The translations under genes and the position numbers were made by a program. Of a stretch of DNA of 32,000 bases, positions 31,629 to 32,000 are shown in pieces (the stretch's first letter is position 1; each line of letters begins with the position of its first letter). The notes under the pieces were generated by a model, which had not been told where the DNA came from, ran no database searches, and was given only the letters and a program-made list of their open reading frames with translations. Origin of the DNA: Desulfobacteraceae bacterium (GTDB lineage Bacteria > Desulfobacterota > DSM-4660 > Desulfatiglandales > HGW-15); the NCBI GenBank assembly GCA_050123415.1, contig JASFHE010000003.1, forward strand, positions 7,794 to 39,793. The letters run 5' to 3'.

Positions 31629-32000
31629 TCAGGGAAGGTCATTTTCGTATTCGTGAAGCTTATTCCTGAGAGTACGAACGCTTATACCGAGTATTTTAGC
31701 AGCATGTGTACGATTACCCTTATGATCATCCAGGGCCTTCATGATCATCTTTTTTTCCATATCTTTCAATGGAATAAGGGACTGATCAAATCCCGCCTCG
31801 GGGGGCGACTGGTCTCCAGGACCGAAAATCATTTCCAGGTCTGAAGCGGAAATATTTTCCGAGTCAACCAGAAGAGTAGATCTTTCGATAAGGTTTTCAA
31901 ATTCCCTGATATTGCCTGGCCAGTCTTTGCTTTTTAGATATGAGACTGCATCAGGTGCAAGAGTTTTTAACGGAACATTATTAAGACTGCAATGTTTTTC
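31629..32000 (-). CDS. Sigma54-dependent transcriptional activator (NtrC family EBP), C-terminal 123 codons; N-terminus beyond the right edge
   Basis: The reverse frame is open from base 32000. It reads EKHCSLNNVPLKTLAPDAVSYLKSKDWPGNIREFENLIERSTLLVDSENISASDLEMIFG...MEKKMIMKALDDHKGNRTHAAKILGISVRTLRNKLHEYENDLP. WPGNIRE-x-EN is the end of the AAA+ sigma54-interaction domain, followed by a Fis-type HTH. The track lists only the last 67 aa. Confidence 0.9.
   Translation of the reverse strand, partial: EKHCSLNNVPLKTLAPDAVSYLKSKDWPGNIREFENLIERSTLLVDSENISASDLEMIFGPGDQSPPEAGFDQSLIPLKDMEKKMIMKALDDHKGNRTHAAKILGISVRTLRNKLHEYENDLP

Noticed and set aside
31611-31844. 77-aa plus-strand ORF.
   Set aside because: It is antisense to the clearly recognisable C-terminus (Fis-type HTH) of the sigma54 activator gene and has no features of its own.
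1-32000. Checked the whole window for mobile elements, a CRISPR array, tRNA/rRNA genes, toxin-antitoxin or defence islands, and long direct repeats.
   Set aside because: I recognised no transposase, integrase or recombinase-like ORFs, no spaced repeat arrays, and no tRNA-like cloverleaf regions in the gaps. Gene content and order are those of a canonical flagellar regulon, not an accessory island.

Overview
Nearly the whole window is one large flagellar gene super-cluster. The host has L- and P-ring genes (Gram-negative type) and FlhF/FlhG (polar-flagellum type). I support 37 CDSs, 36 of them on the minus strand. In transcription order (right to left): (1) the 3' end of a sigma54 enhancer-binding-protein gene (31629..32000, runs off the edge); (2) flgB-flgC-fliE-fliF-fliG-fliH-fliI-fliJ plus a ylxF/motE-like gene; (3) fliK-flgD-flgE; (4) motA-fliL-fliM-fliN-fliO-fliP-fliQ-fliR-flhB-flhA-flhF-flhG-fliA, followed by five poorly characterised genes (FliL-like protein, 93-aa charged protein, membrane-anchored HTH protein, FliK-like protein, stand-alone FlhB C-terminal-domain protein); (5) one opposite-strand lipoprotein gene; (6) flgF-flgG-flgA-flgH-flgI (flgI cut by the left edge). 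Each of the four sizeable non-coding gaps carries a correctly oriented GG-N10-GC sigma54-type promoter match about 30-45 nt upstream of its first gene. Two of these are exact TGGCAC-N5-TTGCT. The cluster therefore looks like four sigma54 units, with the sigma28 gene embedded in the third. I saw no rRNA or tRNA genes, CRISPR arrays, transposases, integrases or defence genes. I do not see a convincing brand-new system. The most interesting material is: (i) the five-gene module fused to the end of fliA, especially the soluble FliK-like / FlhB-C-terminal-like pair and the membrane-tethered HTH protein; (ii) motA without motB or flbD; (iii) structured non-coding elements, namely an ~80-bp palindrome built from tandem TCAGCNN heptamers and a perfect 12-bp inverted repeat carrying two TGTCGACA palindromes; (iv) periodic repeat modules inside FliK. 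All functional calls rest on motif recognition and synteny read by eye; no database search or computation was possible.
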